A stretch of DNA of 64,000 bases from Lingula anatina (lineage: Eukaryota > Animalia > Brachiopoda): contig CM120649.1 in the NCBI GenBank assembly GCA_051362555.1, positions 17,064,567 to 17,128,566 of the forward strand, read 5' to 3'. Every line of letters starts with the position of its first letter. The stretch's first letter is position 1. The position numbers were made by a program, and so were the translations under genes. The notes below the pieces were generated by a model that saw nothing but the letters and a program-made list of their open reading frames with translations, searched no databases and was not told the DNA's origin. This document shows, one piece after another, positions 62,701 through 64,000 of this stretch.

Positions 62701-64000
62701 GGATCAACGGATTTCTCTTTCTTGGCCTATAGCTCCTGGCACACCAGTAACCTTTGAGAAGACTAATGCCACTTACCAGATTATGCTCCCTCTCCTTTGA
62801 ACAGTGTCGTACCGTGACAATGTTCTGGTATATTTTCAACTAACGTTAAAATATGATATATGTTCACATCACGTTTGCCGCCCATATCAGACCCGTAGCT
62901 TGACAGCCTGTGGAGCATATTTGGGGCAGGTGATCGATTTCAAATAGGTCTAATTGATTATAAAGTCCATGGTGATTGGCAGTGCATATAGCCAGTGTTC
63001 AAGGAATATGAATACATTTCCTGGAAATACATTTCATTCCCATATCAAACCCGTAGGTAAGCCGCCTTTGAGACATATTTGGGGCAGGTCATTAATTCAG
63101 AATGTAGCTAAAACTATAGGTTCAGGTAGAACTGATGTTTGGCAAAACAAACAGTTAGCTTATTATAAATAATCATTATGTTTGGATTATGAATTCATTT
63201 TGTGTCATATCACAAACACATATATGTTAGTTCGTCTTTGACGTGTGAGATAAATTACTGTCACGAGCGTTATATGCCAGAACGAGGTGTTCGAAGCATA
63301 TATTGTGAGAGGCTGGCAGTTAATTATTTGATGTACATACCGAGAGAAGGTACTTGCATTTTACAAAAAATGCGCTTTTGGCAGTGATGTGTCCTTCATC
63401 TGATATATATGGTGGAGGGGTTATCGAGTACAGTGTGGTTTGGCGTGATTTCACCTTTCACCACTGCTCTGCTTTTATATTATTAATGCGGGTCTCATCG
63501 ATACGGGCAAAAATGAAACCTGTCCTGTACTGTAACCTATGCTAGTCAAGCATGCGCATAATGTAGTGTATGGTGTTAGGGGAATAAAGGGTGGAAGCGA
63601 ACAGTTCGGTGTTGCGTTTTCCTTAGACTTCGAGCCTGTATTTAATGAAACACGTCCTCTCGAGGCTACATGTCCCAAATACTTCTTACGTATGTAGGCC
63701 AAGATCTAAAGCAAAATTGCCATTTGTACTGGACGACAATTTAAAAAAATTAATTGCCCAAATTCGAGTCTGCATTACGAACATCTCTGGCAGAAGATAA
63801 AGGAAAGACGTCACATGCAGGGCTTCCCACGGTTTTAGCCAATCAGAGTGCCGTGGTAGAACCAGACCTCTTAAAATGAGAAAAAAATGTGGCGAAGGAG
63901 TTTAAGTAAGCCGCTTACAAATGTGCACCAATTATTCCACTCCCTCTTCATTATTCGTGAACATGTCTATGGTCTTAAAAAAATTTCCAAACTATCCCAT

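Larger units (their letters stand above)
46426..64000. repeat. Tandem array of 3.5-3.9-kb units (4 full, 1 partial; continues past the right edge)
   Basis: Units start (tgtacag) at 46426, 50155, 53696, 57609 and 61190, giving periods 3729, 3541, 3913 and 3581. Recurring short ORFs at 50305/53847/57759/61341 confirm the period. Each full unit ends with an L2 3' fragment. Confidence 0.95.

Noticed and set aside
50305-63702. Recurring 60-93-aa ORFs in the array (MHIFYY..., MIIKSM..., MSYHKH..., MAYIRK...)
   Set aside because: Recurrence simply reflects the tandem duplication. They have non-ATG or variable starts, stops and indels in homologous copies, and internal repeats that fall in different frames.
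1-64000. tRNA, rRNA or snRNA genes
   Set aside because: No recognisable cloverleaf, A/B-box pair or rRNA motif seen by eye. A covariance-model scan was not possible.

Overview
AT-rich eukaryotic genomic DNA, probably from an invertebrate animal (inferred from spliceosomal introns and Tc1, Kolobok-like, ISL2EU-like and L2/CR1 repeats). Bases 1-39.3 kb hold a head-to-tail, minus-strand cluster of four paralogous six-coding-exon genes for secreted proteinase-K/aqualysin-like S8 subtilases (signal peptide, I9-like propeptide, D-H-S triad). I built them by hand with consistent splice phases. Copy A (exons 1-3) runs off the left edge. B is intact (443 aa). C is nearly identical to B but has lost most of exon 1. 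D is intact (441 aa) but has an oxyanion-hole Asn->Ser change. All four share a GC-AG first coding intron. Comparing paralogs gives exact empty/filled sites for many transposons, including a 2.6-kb Foldback-like element whose 9-bp target duplication rebuilds a splice donor, a deleted THAP+YqaJ (ISL2EU-type) element, and short Penelope-like inverted relics, one with a hammerhead-ribozyme-like core. From 46.4 kb to the end is a gene-less tandem array (4 full units plus 1 partial, 3.5-3.9 kb each) made from the cluster's upstream/intergenic DNA plus an L2 3' end. I found no rRNA, tRNA or CRISPR. All alignments and identity figures are by eye; no database searches were run.
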